Assembly: GCF_000091665.1 (NCBI RefSeq)
Contig: NC_000909.1
Coordinates: 964,603-996,602, forward strand
Length of the DNA: 32,000 nucleotides
DNA from: Methanocaldococcus jannaschii DSM 2661
Lineage (GTDB): Archaea; AGJL01; Methanococci; Methanococcales; Methanocaldococcaceae
Direction of reading: 5' to 3'
The notes below the pieces were generated by a model. That model saw only the letters and a list, made by a program, of their open reading frames with translations. It was not told where the DNA came from and did not search any database. A program made the position numbers and the translations under genes. Positions 19,245 through 29,049 of this stretch are shown in pieces; positions within the stretch are counted from its first letter, which is position 1, and the number at the start of each line of letters is the position of its first letter.

Positions 19245-21425
19245 ATGGGAAAAAGAGCAAAAATGATTGCTAAAATTAAGGAATTAATGGAAAAGTATGA
19301 CAGAATAAGAAATATCGGAATCTGTGCTCACATTGACCACGGAAAAACAACATTATCAGATAACCTATTAGCTGGAGCAGGAATGATTTCAAAAGAATTA
19401 GCTGGAGAGCAGTTAGCTCTCGACTTCGATGAAGAGGAAGCTCAAAGAGGAATCACCATATTTGCTGCAAACGTTTCAATGGTTCACACCTATGAAGGAA
19501 ATGAGTATTTAATTAACTTAATTGACACTCCAGGACACGTTGACTTTGGAGGGGACGTTACAAGAGCAATGAGAGCTATTGATGGGGCAATTGTTGTTGT
19601 CTGTGCAGTTGAGGGAGTTATGCCACAGACAGAAACTGTCTTAAGACAGGCATTGAGGGAGAGAGTTAAACCAGTCCTCTTCATCAACAAGGTAGATAGA
19701 TTAATTAACGAGTTAAAACTAACACCAGAAGAGTTGCAGAGCAGATTTATCAAGATTATCAATGATATTAACAACTTAATTAGAAAGATGGCTCCAGAAG
19801 AATTTAAAGACAAATGGTTGGTTAGAGTTGAAGATGGAAGTGTCGCATTTGGTTCAGCTTACAACAACTGGGCAATTTCAGTTCCATTCATGAAGAAGAG
19901 TGGAATTACATTTAAAGATATAATCAAGTATTGTGAAGAAGACAGGCAAGATGAATTAGCTGAAAAAGCTCCATTACATGAAGTTGTTTTAGATATGGTT
20001 ATTAAACACTTACCAAGCCCACCAGAAGCTCAGAAATACAGAATTCCACACCTATGGAAAGGAGACTTGAATTCAGAAGCTGGAAAAGCTATGCTCAACT
20101 GTGACCCTAACGGACCATTAGCAGGAGTTATTACAAAGATTATTGTAGATAAACACGCAGGAGCTGTTTCAGTTTGTAGATTATTCAGTGGTAGAATTAA
20201 GCAAGGAGACGAAGTTTATATGGTAAATAACCAGCAAAAGGCAAAGATTCAGCAAGTATCTGTCTTCATGGGGCCTGAGAGAATTCCAGTAGATAGCATT
20301 TCAGCAGGAAACATCTGTGCATTAGTTGGTTTGAAGGAGGCATCAGCAGGAGAAACAATCTGTTCCCCAGACAAAATAATTGAGCCATTTGAGGCAATAA
20401 CTCACATCAGTGAGCCAGTTATTACAGTCGCTATTGAAGCAAAGAACACAAAAGATTTACCAAAATTAATTGAAGTTTTAAGACAAGTTGCAAGAGAAGA
20501 CCCAACCGTTAAAGTTGAGATTAACGAAGAAACAGGAGAGCACTTATTAAGCGGTATGGGAGAGTTGCACATTGAGATTATAACAAAATTAAAGATTGAG
20601 AGAGATGCTGGAATTCCAGTTGAAGTAGGGCAACCAATTGTTGTCTATAGAGAGACAGTAACAGGGCAATCACCAGTAGTTGAGAGTAAATCTCCAAACA
20701 AACACAACAAGCTCTACTTTGTAGTTGAACCATTAGAGGAGAGTGTATTACAAGCATACAAAGAAGGAAGAATCCCAGACGTTGATACAAAGAGAAAATT
20801 AGATGATAAGATTGTTCAGGAGTTAATTAAGGCAGGAATGGATCCAGAAGAAGCTAAGAGAGTAATGTGTATCTATGAAGGAAACGTTCTCATTAACATG
20901 ACAAGAGGTATTGTCCATTTAGATGAAGTTAAAGAATTGATTATCCAAGGGTTCAAAGAAGCTATGAGAAACGGTCCATTAGCAGCAGAGAAGTGTCAAG
21001 GAGTTAAAGTTAAGTTAATGGATGCAGTATTACACGAAGATGCAATCCACAGAGGACCAGCACAAATGATTCCAGCAGCAAGATTTGGTATTAGAGATGC
21101 AATGATGCAGGCAAATCCAGTATTATTAGAGCCAATGCAGTTTGTTTATATAAACACCCCACAGGACTTCATGGGGGCAGCGATGAGGGAAATCAGCAAC
21201 AGAAGAGGACAAATCTTAGATATGGAGCAAGAGGGAGATATGGCTATCATTAAAGCTAAGTGTCCAGTTGCAGAGATGTTTGGATTCGCTGGGGCTATTA
21301 GAGGAGCAACTCAGGGTAGATGTCTCTGGAGTATTGAGTTTGCTGGTTATGAAAAAGTTCCAAGAGACATGCAAGAGCAATTAATTAAGCAAATTAGAGA
21401 GAGAAAAGGACTTAAATTAGAATAA
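19245..21425 (+). CDS. fusA: translation elongation factor EF-2
   Basis: 726 aa; [41 protein letters not shown], archaeal C-terminus with [14 protein letters not shown]-like end. Confidence 0.97.
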   Translation: MGKRAKMIAKIKELMEKYDRIRNIGICAHIDHGKTTLSDNLLAGAGMISKELAGEQLALDFDEEEAQRGITIFAANVSMVHTYEGNEYLINLIDTPGHVDFGGDVTRAMRAIDGAIVVVCAVEGVMPQTETVLRQALRERVKPVLFINKVDRLINELKLTPEELQSRFIKIINDINNLIRKMAPEEFKDKWLVRVEDGSVAFGSAYNNWAISVPFMKKSGITFKDIIKYCEEDRQDELAEKAPLHEVVLDMVIKHLPSPPEAQKYRIPHLWKGDLNSEAGKAMLNCDPNGPLAGVITKIIVDKHAGAVSVCRLFSGRIKQGDEVYMVNNQQKAKIQQVSVFMGPERIPVDSISAGNICALVGLKEASAGETICSPDKIIEPFEAITHISEPVITVAIEAKNTKDLPKLIEVLRQVAREDPTVKVEINEETGEHLLSGMGELHIEIITKLKIERDAGIPVEVGQPIVVYRETVTGQSPVVESKSPNKHNKLYFVVEPLEESVLQAYKEGRIPDVDTKRKLDDKIVQELIKAGMDPEEAKRVMCIYEGNVLINMTRGIVHLDEVKELIIQGFKEAMRNGPLAAEKCQGVKVKLMDAVLHEDAIHRGPAQMIPAARFGIRDAMMQANPVLLEPMQFVYINTPQDFMGAAMREISNRRGQILDMEQEGDMAIIKAKCPVAEMFGFAGAIRGATQGRCLWSIEFAGYEKVPRDMQEQLIKQIRERKGLKLE

Positions 21426-21480
21426 ACTCTCTGACTATTATATCCTTATTTTATTTTTAAGATTCAAGAAAATCTATTTT

Positions 21481-21549
21481 ACCCCCTACGGCCCACGCTC
21501 TCGACGTGGCAGAGCCAAGGATGAGAGAGGGTAGGATATAGGGGGGACA
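21481..21549 (+). ncRNA. GC-rich structured RNA candidate with H/ACA-like layout
   Basis: CCCCCTA (21482-21488) pairs with TAGGGGG (21539-21545), followed by g-ACA (21547-21549); internal CTCTC/GAGAG, CCACG/CGTGG complementarity; GC-rich island in AT-rich intergenic DNA. Confidence 0.55.
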
Positions 21550-21850
21550 TTTCTCATAAATAATTAATCTATTTTGTTGATAATAAGTTATCTCTTAATG
21601 TTAAATCACTCGGAGACTGAAGAATTGATAGTTTTTTGGAAATTTTTACACATATAATTTTCTAATCTGAGTTAATTTTTTCAACCTTACCAAAACTTTA
21701 GTTTTTATTCAAATTCTAAGCTTAAATAAATTTTATTTTTTGAAAGGTTATTTTTGAAAGACACTATGGCATTCTTTGAGTGTCATTATGCAATCAAACA
21801 TTTTTTCTTGCAGAAATCTAATTTAAATAATTTTATATGGAAAATTCTGG

Positions 21851-22206
21851 GACTGTTAAGTTAACGACTTCACCCAATTGTAGAACATTATGGAGCTTTT
21901 TACTCAACTAACAACCGTATCGAATTTACTATTACTTGGAAATCTATTTAAAACCTCTTTAATCTTGTGATAATAAATTCTAATCGATTCGTGACTTATA
22001 TCTTCGAATTGGGAGGGGGATAAACCCACTTTCCTCAATGATAATCCGAGGTAGTATAAAAGCCCTGCTAAGATTTTAACCTCTATCGATTCCTATTCCT
22101 TTTAAAAAGCTTCCTCTCTACGATTTTCTCCTTTATAACTTCTATCATGAGCCTCATAGTTTATTATTTTTTATCAATATTTTGATAAAAACTTAACTTG
22201 ACAATC
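21851..22206 (-). mobile_element. degenerate IS / MITE-like copy A (356 bp)
   Basis: reverse complement of copy B with about 2 mismatches near the ends; imperfect TIRs GACTGTTAAGTTAA / GATTGTCAAGTTAAG; relic transposase peptide readable on the minus strand. Confidence 0.88.
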
Positions 22207-22281
22207 TCATCCTTATAAAAGTTAAACTTATATAATAAAACATTAAAATAACATTTTAAGATTTAGAAGAGGGATGGAATT

Positions 22282-22767
22282 ATGGTCATAAAAAAAATTA
22301 TAAAGAAGATTAGAGGAAATAAAGACTTACCAAAACCTATTGAAGTCCCTGATGAAGAGTATATAGTTATTGGAGAAGAAAAACCAGCTTATATATTAGA
22401 GGAAGAATCAGAAACTGAATCAGAAGTTTTAGGGTTAGAACATAAGGAAAAGGAAGAAGTAAAAGAAGTGGAAGAGGTTGTTAGAGTAGAAAAGATTCTT
22501 CCAAAATTGTATGTTGTTAGGATTAAACATCCTTTAGACTTTGAAAATATAAAAGATAAAATCCCAGAATATGACGTTGTAATTGTAAATTTTGAGGAAG
22601 TACCTTTTGAATCTATTTTAAAAGAGCTTAATGAATTTAGGGATTATATGAGTATTTTAAATTTTAAATTAGGGTTTGTTGCTGAGAATGTGTTGTTAGC
22701 TTATAGAGATGACGTGATATTGGATAAATATGTTTCAAATATTACGGACGATGCTGAAAATGTGTAA
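22282..22767 (+). CDS. archaeal SepF-like cell-division protein (tentative)
   Basis: 161 aa; amphipathic basic N-terminal helix (MVIKKIIKKIRG), acidic linker, C-terminal domain VVRIKHPLDFENIKDKIPEYDVVIVNFEE...LNFKLGFVAENVLLAYRDDVIL resembling DUF552/SepF. Confidence 0.5.
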   Translation: MVIKKIIKKIRGNKDLPKPIEVPDEEYIVIGEEKPAYILEEESETESEVLGLEHKEKEEVKEVEEVVRVEKILPKLYVVRIKHPLDFENIKDKIPEYDVVIVNFEEVPFESILKELNEFRDYMSILNFKLGFVAENVLLAYRDDVILDKYVSNITDDAENV

Positions 22768-22834
22768 AACTAATTAATATATAATAATTAATTATTTTAG
22801 TTCATTTTTATCTTGTTAATTTTTTGGTGGTTAA

Positions 22835-23368
22835 ATGAGAATAGCAATAACTGGAACTCCAGGAGTTGGGAAAACAACAATTTCAAAAGTTTTGAGAGAC
22901 AGATTAGGAATAAAAGTTATTGATATAACTGAGGCTGTTAAGAAATATAAGCTATATACTGAAAAAGATGAAGATATGGACTCTTATGTTATTGATTTTG
23001 AGAAATTGGAAAAATTTATTGATGAGATTGAGGAAAAAGAAAAAACTATTATATTAGATGGTCATGTATCTCATCTTTTGAATCCCGACTATATTATAGT
23101 TCTTAGATGCAATCCAGAAATTATCAAAGAAAGGTTAGAAAAAAGGGGCTATAAGCCAAAAAAGGTTTTGGAAAATATTCAGGCAGAAATTTTAGATGTG
23201 TGCTTATGTGAGAGTAAAGGCAAGGTTTATGAGATAGATACAACAAATAGAGATGTTGAAAATATAGTTGATGAGATTATTGAAGCAATAAAACATAAAA
23301 AAGAGAGAAAAGGAGTTGTAGATTGGACAGAGAAATACTTTGATTATTTAACTTTAGAAATTAAATAA
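22835..23368 (+). CDS. Fap7/AK6-type adenylate kinase-like NTPase
   Basis: 177 aa; P-loop GTPGVGKTTISK, ILDGHVSHLL, archaeal AK6/hCINAP-like. Confidence 0.88.
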   Translation: MRIAITGTPGVGKTTISKVLRDRLGIKVIDITEAVKKYKLYTEKDEDMDSYVIDFEKLEKFIDEIEEKEKTIILDGHVSHLLNPDYIIVLRCNPEIIKERLEKRGYKPKKVLENIQAEILDVCLCESKGKVYEIDTTNRDVENIVDEIIEAIKHKKERKGVVDWTEKYFDYLTLEIK

Positions 23369-24885
23369 TTCCCTAACAACAAAGCATCAAAATCTGCCTT
23401 TAAAAAGCTATTTATTGCATCTTTCTCATTGCAAACTATCGGCTCTCCATGTAAATTAAAGGATGTGTTTAAAACTACTGGAATACCTATAGAGTCATAA
23501 ATATATCTTATTATTCCGTAGAATGTTTTATTTGAATCTTTTTTTAATGTTTGAGGTCTTGTAGTTTTATCTACGTGTATAACCCCCTCAATTTCTTTTA
23601 TCTTATTCTCCTTAACCTTAAATATCTGAGTCATAAATGGGGAGTATCTTGGATTTATTAAATAATCATCTATAAAATCATACAGTATTGTTGGAGCAAA
23701 AGGCATAAACCAACTTCTTTTTAACTTTTTATTAATCTTTTCTTTATTTTCTTTTGTTGGTAAAGCTATAACGCTCCTATTTCCCAAAGCTCTTGGACCA
23801 AACTCCATTTTCCCTCTTGATAGGCAAACAACCTTATTATCTAAGATTAAATTTCCAATGACCTCTGGAATGTCTCTCTCTTCAACAAACTCTATCTTAT
23901 AATCATTGAGTTTATTTTTTAATTCCTCTAAAATTTTTTCAGCTCTTTCATTTTCAATTTCATATCCAAAGTATGTATTGTTTATATTTATTCTATCTAT
24001 TCTTTTATCGGCTAAGCTTGCTCCTAAGCAAAGTCCTTCATCTCCCATAAAAGGTGGAACGAATAGATTATATTTTTCAGCAATTTTTGAATTCAACTTA
24101 ACGTTTTGAGCCACTCCACCAACAAACACAATGTTATCTATGTTATATTCATTAGATAAATCATCAATTGCCTTTAAAACAATATTTTCTAAAGTTCTTT
24201 GAGCAAATTTTGATATTCTAACCTTATCCTCAAAAGATAATTGGCTTTTATCGCTAACTATAAGTTTTTTCAATGCTTTGGTAGCTTCATAGCCAATAAC
24301 TCCTAAATAATTTTTAAATGATTTTAATTCTTTTATATAGTCAATAGTTGTTAAATTTATATCATCTTCTCCTTCGTAAGAAGATAGAGACATAACTTTT
24401 CCTTCATCTTCCATAGGCTTAAAACCTAAAAGCTCAGTTATTGAGGCATAAAAATCTCCAACAGAGTCGATTAAATCACTTTGGGCTATAATTTCCAAGT
24501 TATTTTTATTTGCTATGGATGCCAAAAAAGATAAACCATCTCCTCCTCCATCTATTGAAATTACTAAAGCTTCTTTAAAATCTGAGAGTTTAAATAAATA
24601 TGAATGGGATATGTGATGATAAAAATAGAGAAATTTTTTATTTATTCTGTTTTGAAATTCTTTTAATTTTTTTATTCTCTCTCCTCTTCTAAAAACTCCA
24701 CCAACAGAAACATAATTAATTTCATCAGGTTTAACTTTGTTTAAAATATAATCTACTGATTTTTCTGGGAATCCTCTCTGATTTTTCTTTCTTGTAAATC
24801 TCTCCTCACTCATTGCAAATAGGATTTCATCTCTTTTTATCAAAGAAGAGCTTGCATTATGCCCATCACAAATTCCAAGAATCAT
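23344..24885 (-). CDS. NodU/TobZ-type carbamoyltransferase family protein
   Basis: 513 aa; GICDGHNASSSLI...SEERFTRKKNQRGFP, GGVAQNVKLNSKI, C-terminal FGPRALGNRSVIALP, VVLNTSFNLHGEPIV. Confidence 0.92.
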   Translation of the reverse strand: MILGICDGHNASSSLIKRDEILFAMSEERFTRKKNQRGFPEKSVDYILNKVKPDEINYVSVGGVFRRGERIKKLKEFQNRINKKFLYFYHHISHSYLFKLSDFKEALVISIDGGGDGLSFLASIANKNNLEIIAQSDLIDSVGDFYASITELLGFKPMEDEGKVMSLSSYEGEDDINLTTIDYIKELKSFKNYLGVIGYEATKALKKLIVSDKSQLSFEDKVRISKFAQRTLENIVLKAIDDLSNEYNIDNIVFVGGVAQNVKLNSKIAEKYNLFVPPFMGDEGLCLGASLADKRIDRININNTYFGYEIENERAEKILEELKNKLNDYKIEFVEERDIPEVIGNLILDNKVVCLSRGKMEFGPRALGNRSVIALPTKENKEKINKKLKRSWFMPFAPTILYDFIDDYLINPRYSPFMTQIFKVKENKIKEIEGVIHVDKTTRPQTLKKDSNKTFYGIIRYIYDSIGIPVVLNTSFNLHGEPIVCNEKDAINSFLKADFDALLLGNYLISKVK

Positions 24886-24896
24886 ACAAACACCAA

Positions 24897-25199
24897 TTAC
24901 AGCTCTCCAATTGCTTTTAACTTCCTTTCAATTGTGTTTTCTTTATCTTTCCTTTCATCAATTTTTAAACTGCTTACAACTCTATCAACGTCATTTAAAA
25001 CTGTTGAATGTGCTTCTTTAAAAGCTTTTAAAATTTCATCTAAATCTCCTTCTAATACAGTTCCCATAGCGTTTGTCTCAACCTTTAAATCATACTTTTT
25101 AAAAACTTCAATTGCTTTTTTAACATACTTTGAAACACTTGCTCCTTTTCCTAAAGGAATTATAGAAACCTCAGCAACGACTTTTCTCATAAAAATCAC
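24897..25199 (-). CDS. MTH1187/YkoF-like UPF0045 (thiamine-binding-like) family protein
   Basis: about 100 aa; EVSIIPLGKGASVSKYVKKAIEVFKKYDLKVETNAMGTVLEGDLDEI. Confidence 0.85.
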   Translation of the reverse strand: MIFMRKVVAEVSIIPLGKGASVSKYVKKAIEVFKKYDLKVETNAMGTVLEGDLDEILKAFKEAHSTVLNDVDRVVSSLKIDERKDKENTIERKLKAIGEL

Positions 25200-25254
25200 C
25201 TAAAAATTGATAAAAATAATAAAAAAGCAAAAATAAAATAGAATCAAAATTTAA

Positions 25255-25746
25255 TTATTTCTCTAATTCACTTAAAACTTCTTTCAACTTCTCCTTAACC
25301 TTTTCTAATTTTGCGGCCAATTCTTCATTCTCTTTCTTAAGTTTTTCAATTTCTTCTTCTAACTTCTTAATGTCAGTTATCTTCTCTAATTCTTCTTTTC
25401 TGACAACAGCTTCTAAGAATTTTTCTACTTCTTCAATATTTAATTCCCCTCTCTTCATCATCTCATAGGTTTCCCTAACAAGCTTTCCTGCCTTTGTTTC
25501 TCCTTTTAAATGCTTTCTAATGGTTTGTTCAGTTCTTCCTAACTCATCTGCGATTTCTCTTATTGTATATCCAGCTTTCTCTCTTGCTAAAGCTCCTGCG
25601 GCAATAGCTAAGGAATCAACCCAAGTAACTTTCTCTATAGGGTCTTTTATTAACTCCAAGATTTCAGGTCTGAACAATGTTCCCAAAATTAAAACATGCT
25701 CTAACTTGTCTATTTCTGTCTTTGATGTTGGAACTAATGGTATCAT
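25255..25746 (-). CDS. HTH-domain protein with C-terminal coiled coil (putative regulator)
   Basis: 163 aa; helix-turn-helix AGYTIREIADELGRTEQTIRKHLKGETKAGKLVRETY followed by Glu/Lys heptad-rich tail. Confidence 0.7.
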   Translation of the reverse strand: MIPLVPTSKTEIDKLEHVLILGTLFRPEILELIKDPIEKVTWVDSLAIAAGALAREKAGYTIREIADELGRTEQTIRKHLKGETKAGKLVRETYEMMKRGELNIEEVEKFLEAVVRKEELEKITDIKKLEEEIEKLKKENEELAAKLEKVKEKLKEVLSELEK

Positions 25747-25835
25747 GACTCTCCCCCACCTTATTTTTAATTATATTCCTTATATCTATTTTATAATTTT
25801 GCTTAGTATTTAAAGTTTTTGTAGATTTCAGAGGA

Positions 25836-26191
25836 GACTGTCAAGTTAAGTTTTTATCAAAATATTGATAAAAAATAATAAACTATGAGGCTCATGATAG
25901 AAGTTATAAAGGAGAAAATCGTAGAGAGGAAGCTTTTTAAAAGGAATAGGAATCGATAGAGGTTAAAATCTTAGCAGGGCTTTTATACTACCTCGGATTA
26001 TCATTGAGGAAAGTGGGTTTATCCCCCTCCCAATTCGAAGATATAAGTCACGAATCGATTAGAATTTATTATCACAAGATTAAAGAGGTTTTAAATAGAT
26101 TTCCAAGTAATAGTAAATTCGATACGGTTGTTAGTTGAGTAAAAAGCTCCATAATGTTCTACAATTGGGTGAAGTCGTTAACTTAACAGCC
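25836..26191 (+). mobile_element. degenerate IS / MITE-like copy B (356 bp)
   Basis: TIRs GACTGTCAAGTTAAG / (rc) GGCTGTTAAGTTAA; encodes relic [43 protein letters not shown], transposase N-terminal-like, interrupted by stops; inverted copy of 21851-22206. Confidence 0.88.
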
Positions 26192-26361
26192 TCTGGTATT
26201 GATAACGAAAATTATAAGTAATGCTATATTTACAATTAATTGTTGGAGGAGTAGTTTATTTTGGAGTTTATTTAGCTGTAATTTTATGTCTGAGGGTTAT
26301 CGATGTAAGAGAAATATAATAATATTATACAATTATTAATAAATAAACTCAGGGGATTTAA

Positions 26362-29049
26362 ATGAACATTTCAGTTATTGGGACTGGTTATGTTGGCTTA
26401 ATACAGGCAGTTGGTTTGGCTGAGTTTGGTTTTGATGTTGTTGGTATTGATATCGATGAATCGAAAGTTAAAGCGTTAAACAGAGGCGAATGCCCATTAT
26501 ATGAAGAAGGTTTGGAAGGGTTATTAAAAAAACATGTAAATAAGAATCTAACATTCACTACTTCTTATAAACCAATAAAGGATTCAGATGTTATCTTTTT
26601 ATGTGTTGGGACTCCTCAAGATAAAGACGGAAATGCTGATTTGAGATTTCTATTTTCTGCAGTTGAGAAGATAAAAGAGACAATAGATAAGGAGGATTAT
26701 AAGGTTATTGTTATAAAATCTACTGTTCCAGTGGGAACAAATAGGAGGGTTAAAGAGCTTTTAAAGGATTATAATGTGGATGTTGTTTCAAATCCGGAGT
26801 TTTTGAGGGAGGGGATTGCTGTCTATGATTTTTTCAATCCAGAGAGGGTAATTTTAGGGTTTGAAAACCTTAACAATAAAAAACCGATAGAAATTATGGA
26901 AGAAGTTTATAAATACTTTAAAGATAAGAATATTCCATTTGTAATAACAAACTGGGAGACTGCAGAGTTAATAAAATATGCCTCTAACGCTTTCTTAGCA
27001 ACAAAGATATCTTTTATAAATGAGTTGGCAAAATTATCGGATAAAGTTAAAGCTGATATAAAAACAATAAGCTATGCTATGGGTTTAGATCCAAGAATTG
27101 GGAATAAGTTTTTAAATGCTGGGATTGGTTATGGTGGGAGCTGTTTCCACCCAGATGAAGTTTTATTTATAGATAGAGGTAGAGGTTTAGAATGCATAAC
27201 ATTCAAAGAATTATTTGAATTAGAAGATAAAGATAATGTAAAGATTCTATCCTTTGATGGAGAAAAATTATCTTTAAAAAAGTTAAAATTAGCATCAAAA
27301 AGATACTACAACGATGATTTAATTACTTTGAGGTTTAATTTAGGTAGAGAAATAAAGATAACAAAAGACCACCCAGTTGTGATTTTAGAAGATGGAGAAT
27401 TAAAAATTAAATTGACATCTGATGTTAAAGAGGGGGATAAGGTAATTTTACCTTATGGAAACTTTGGAGAAGAAAGGGAGATAGAAATAGACATTTTAGA
27501 AGAACTCAGTAAGACAGACCTTATTGAAAAAGTTTGGATACACAATAAGGACTTGGCAACCAATGAATTTAACATTATAAAACCATACTTATCAAACAAA
27601 TATCCTCACGATGTTAAGAGAAATGGAACAATAAGAGCTAAGGATATACTACCAATAAAAGAAATTTTGGATAAATATGGTTCAAAAAATAGATTATTTA
27701 CTGCAAAAAGCAAATCAACAACAATCCCATATAAAATAAAGATAGATAAGGATTTTGCAAGGTTAATTGGCTATTATCTATCAGAAGGCTGGATATCAAA
27801 AGACTATGGAAGAAATGGTGTTGTAAGGAAGAGAATTGGACTATGTTTTGGTATTCATGAAGAGGAATACATAAACGATGTTAAAAACATATTAAACAAA
27901 TTAGGTATAAAATACATAGAAAAAATAAAAGACGGTTCTCATTCAATCCTCATCTCATCAAAAATATTGGCTTATGTATTTGAAAATATCTTAAACTGTG
28001 GAATTAACTGTTATAATAAAAATATTCCTCCACAGATGTTCAATGCAAAAGAGGAAATAAAATGGGAGTTCTTAAAAGGTCTTTTTAGAGGAGATGGCGG
28101 AATTGTAAGGTTAAATAACAACAAAAATCTAAATATTGAATTTGCAACTGTCAGTAAAAAAATGGCTCATTCCTTGTTGATATTACTGCAATTGTTGGGT
28201 ATTGTGGCATCCGTGAAAAAATGCTACAACAACAAATCAACAACTATGGCTTATATTATAAGAATCAATGGATTAGAACAAGTTAAGAAAATCGGAGAGT
28301 TATTTGGTAAAAAATGGGAAAACTACAAAGATATTGCAGAGAGCTATAAAAGAAACATAGAACCGTTAGGTTATAAGAAATCAGATAACTTTGCTATATT
28401 GGAGGTTAAAGAAATTATAAAAGAGCATTATAGCGGTTATGTATATAGCGTAGAAACAGAAAACTCCCTGCTCATAACATCTTATGGAATATTAATCCAT
28501 AATTGCTTCCCAAAAGATGTCAAAGCATTGATAAAACAATTTGAAAATAACAACATAGAACCAATATTAATAAAAGCTACCGACATCGTCAATGAAGAGC
28601 AAATAAAATGGTTCTTTGAAAAGATTAAGAATTATTATGGAAATTTAAATGGAAAAACCTTTGCTGTCTTGGGTTTAGCATTTAAACCAAATACTGATGA
28701 TTTAAGAGAGAGTAGGGCAATAAAATTGATTGATATGCTTTTAGAGAGTGGGGCTATTGTTAAGGGCTTTGATTATGTTGAAAAGGCACGAGAAAACACC
28801 ATCAACATGTATAAGTTAGATAAATCAAAAGGATTTTATGGCTATAACTTGTATGTATTGGATGATTTATATGAGACAGTTAAAAATGTCGATGGAATAA
28901 TAATAACTGTTGAGTATGATTTTAATAAGGAAGACTGGGAAAAGATTGGAAATTTAGTTAAAGAAAAAGTAGTATTCGATGGAAGAAATATTTTAGATGT
29001 TGAAAAGATTAAAAAGTTGGGATTTAAATATTATGGAGTGGGAAGATGA
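26362..29049 (+). CDS. UDP-glucose/UDP-N-acetylmannosamine 6-dehydrogenase family protein with intein
   Basis: MNISVIGTGYVGLIQAVGLAEFGFDVVGIDID; catalytic-Cys motif GGSCFPKD split by an in-frame insert. Confidence 0.95.
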   Translation: MNISVIGTGYVGLIQAVGLAEFGFDVVGIDIDESKVKALNRGECPLYEEGLEGLLKKHVNKNLTFTTSYKPIKDSDVIFLCVGTPQDKDGNADLRFLFSAVEKIKETIDKEDYKVIVIKSTVPVGTNRRVKELLKDYNVDVVSNPEFLREGIAVYDFFNPERVILGFENLNNKKPIEIMEEVYKYFKDKNIPFVITNWETAELIKYASNAFLATKISFINELAKLSDKVKADIKTISYAMGLDPRIGNKFLNAGIGYGGSCFHPDEVLFIDRGRGLECITFKELFELEDKDNVKILSFDGEKLSLKKLKLASKRYYNDDLITLRFNLGREIKITKDHPVVILEDGELKIKLTSDVKEGDKVILPYGNFGEEREIEIDILEELSKTDLIEKVWIHNKDLATNEFNIIKPYLSNKYPHDVKRNGTIRAKDILPIKEILDKYGSKNRLFTAKSKSTTIPYKIKIDKDFARLIGYYLSEGWISKDYGRNGVVRKRIGLCFGIHEEEYINDVKNILNKLGIKYIEKIKDGSHSILISSKILAYVFENILNCGINCYNKNIPPQMFNAKEEIKWEFLKGLFRGDGGIVRLNNNKNLNIEFATVSKKMAHSLLILLQLLGIVASVKKCYNNKSTTMAYIIRINGLEQVKKIGELFGKKWENYKDIAESYKRNIEPLGYKKSDNFAILEVKEIIKEHYSGYVYSVETENSLLITSYGILIHNCFPKDVKALIKQFENNNIEPILIKATDIVNEEQIKWFFEKIKNYYGNLNGKTFAVLGLAFKPNTDDLRESRAIKLIDMLLESGAIVKGFDYVEKARENTINMYKLDKSKGFYGYNLYVLDDLYETVKNVDGIIITVEYDFNKEDWEKIGNLVKEKVVFDGRNILDVEKIKKLGFKYYGVGR
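27142..28503 (+). other. UDP-sugar dehydrogenase intein (454 aa), LAGLIDADG type
   Basis: extein NAGIGYGGS | CFHPDEVLFIDRGRG...; block B TKDHPVVIL; endonuclease motifs RLIGYYLSEGWI and LKGLFRGDGGIV; ends SYGILIHN | CFPKDVKAL. Confidence 0.95.

Noticed and set aside
6888-20790. Minus-strand ORFs antisense to rpoB, rpoA', rpoA'', nusA, rps7 and fusA
   Set aside because: All lie opposite highly conserved coding regions and their peptides show mirrored codon bias, not real domains.
21760-21784. GACACT...AGTGTC small hairpin upstream of copy A
   Set aside because: Six-bp stem with a 13-nt loop in AT-rich DNA; not distinguishable from chance.
23906-25813. Plus-strand ORFs 23906-24109, 24859-25203 and 25520-25813
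   Set aside because: Antisense to carbamoyltransferase, UPF0045 and HTH genes; no domain support.
21851-26191. CRISPR array or toxin/antitoxin/defence island inside the inverted-repeat segment
   Set aside because: There are only two copies of a 356-bp unit, no short regularly spaced repeats, and the enclosed genes have metabolic or housekeeping-type domains.
21843-26199. 8-bp target site duplications flanking each individual IS relic
   Set aside because: Flanks aattctgg/tcatcctt and tcagagga/tctggtat do not match for either copy; only a 5-bp TCTGG is shared by the outer ends.
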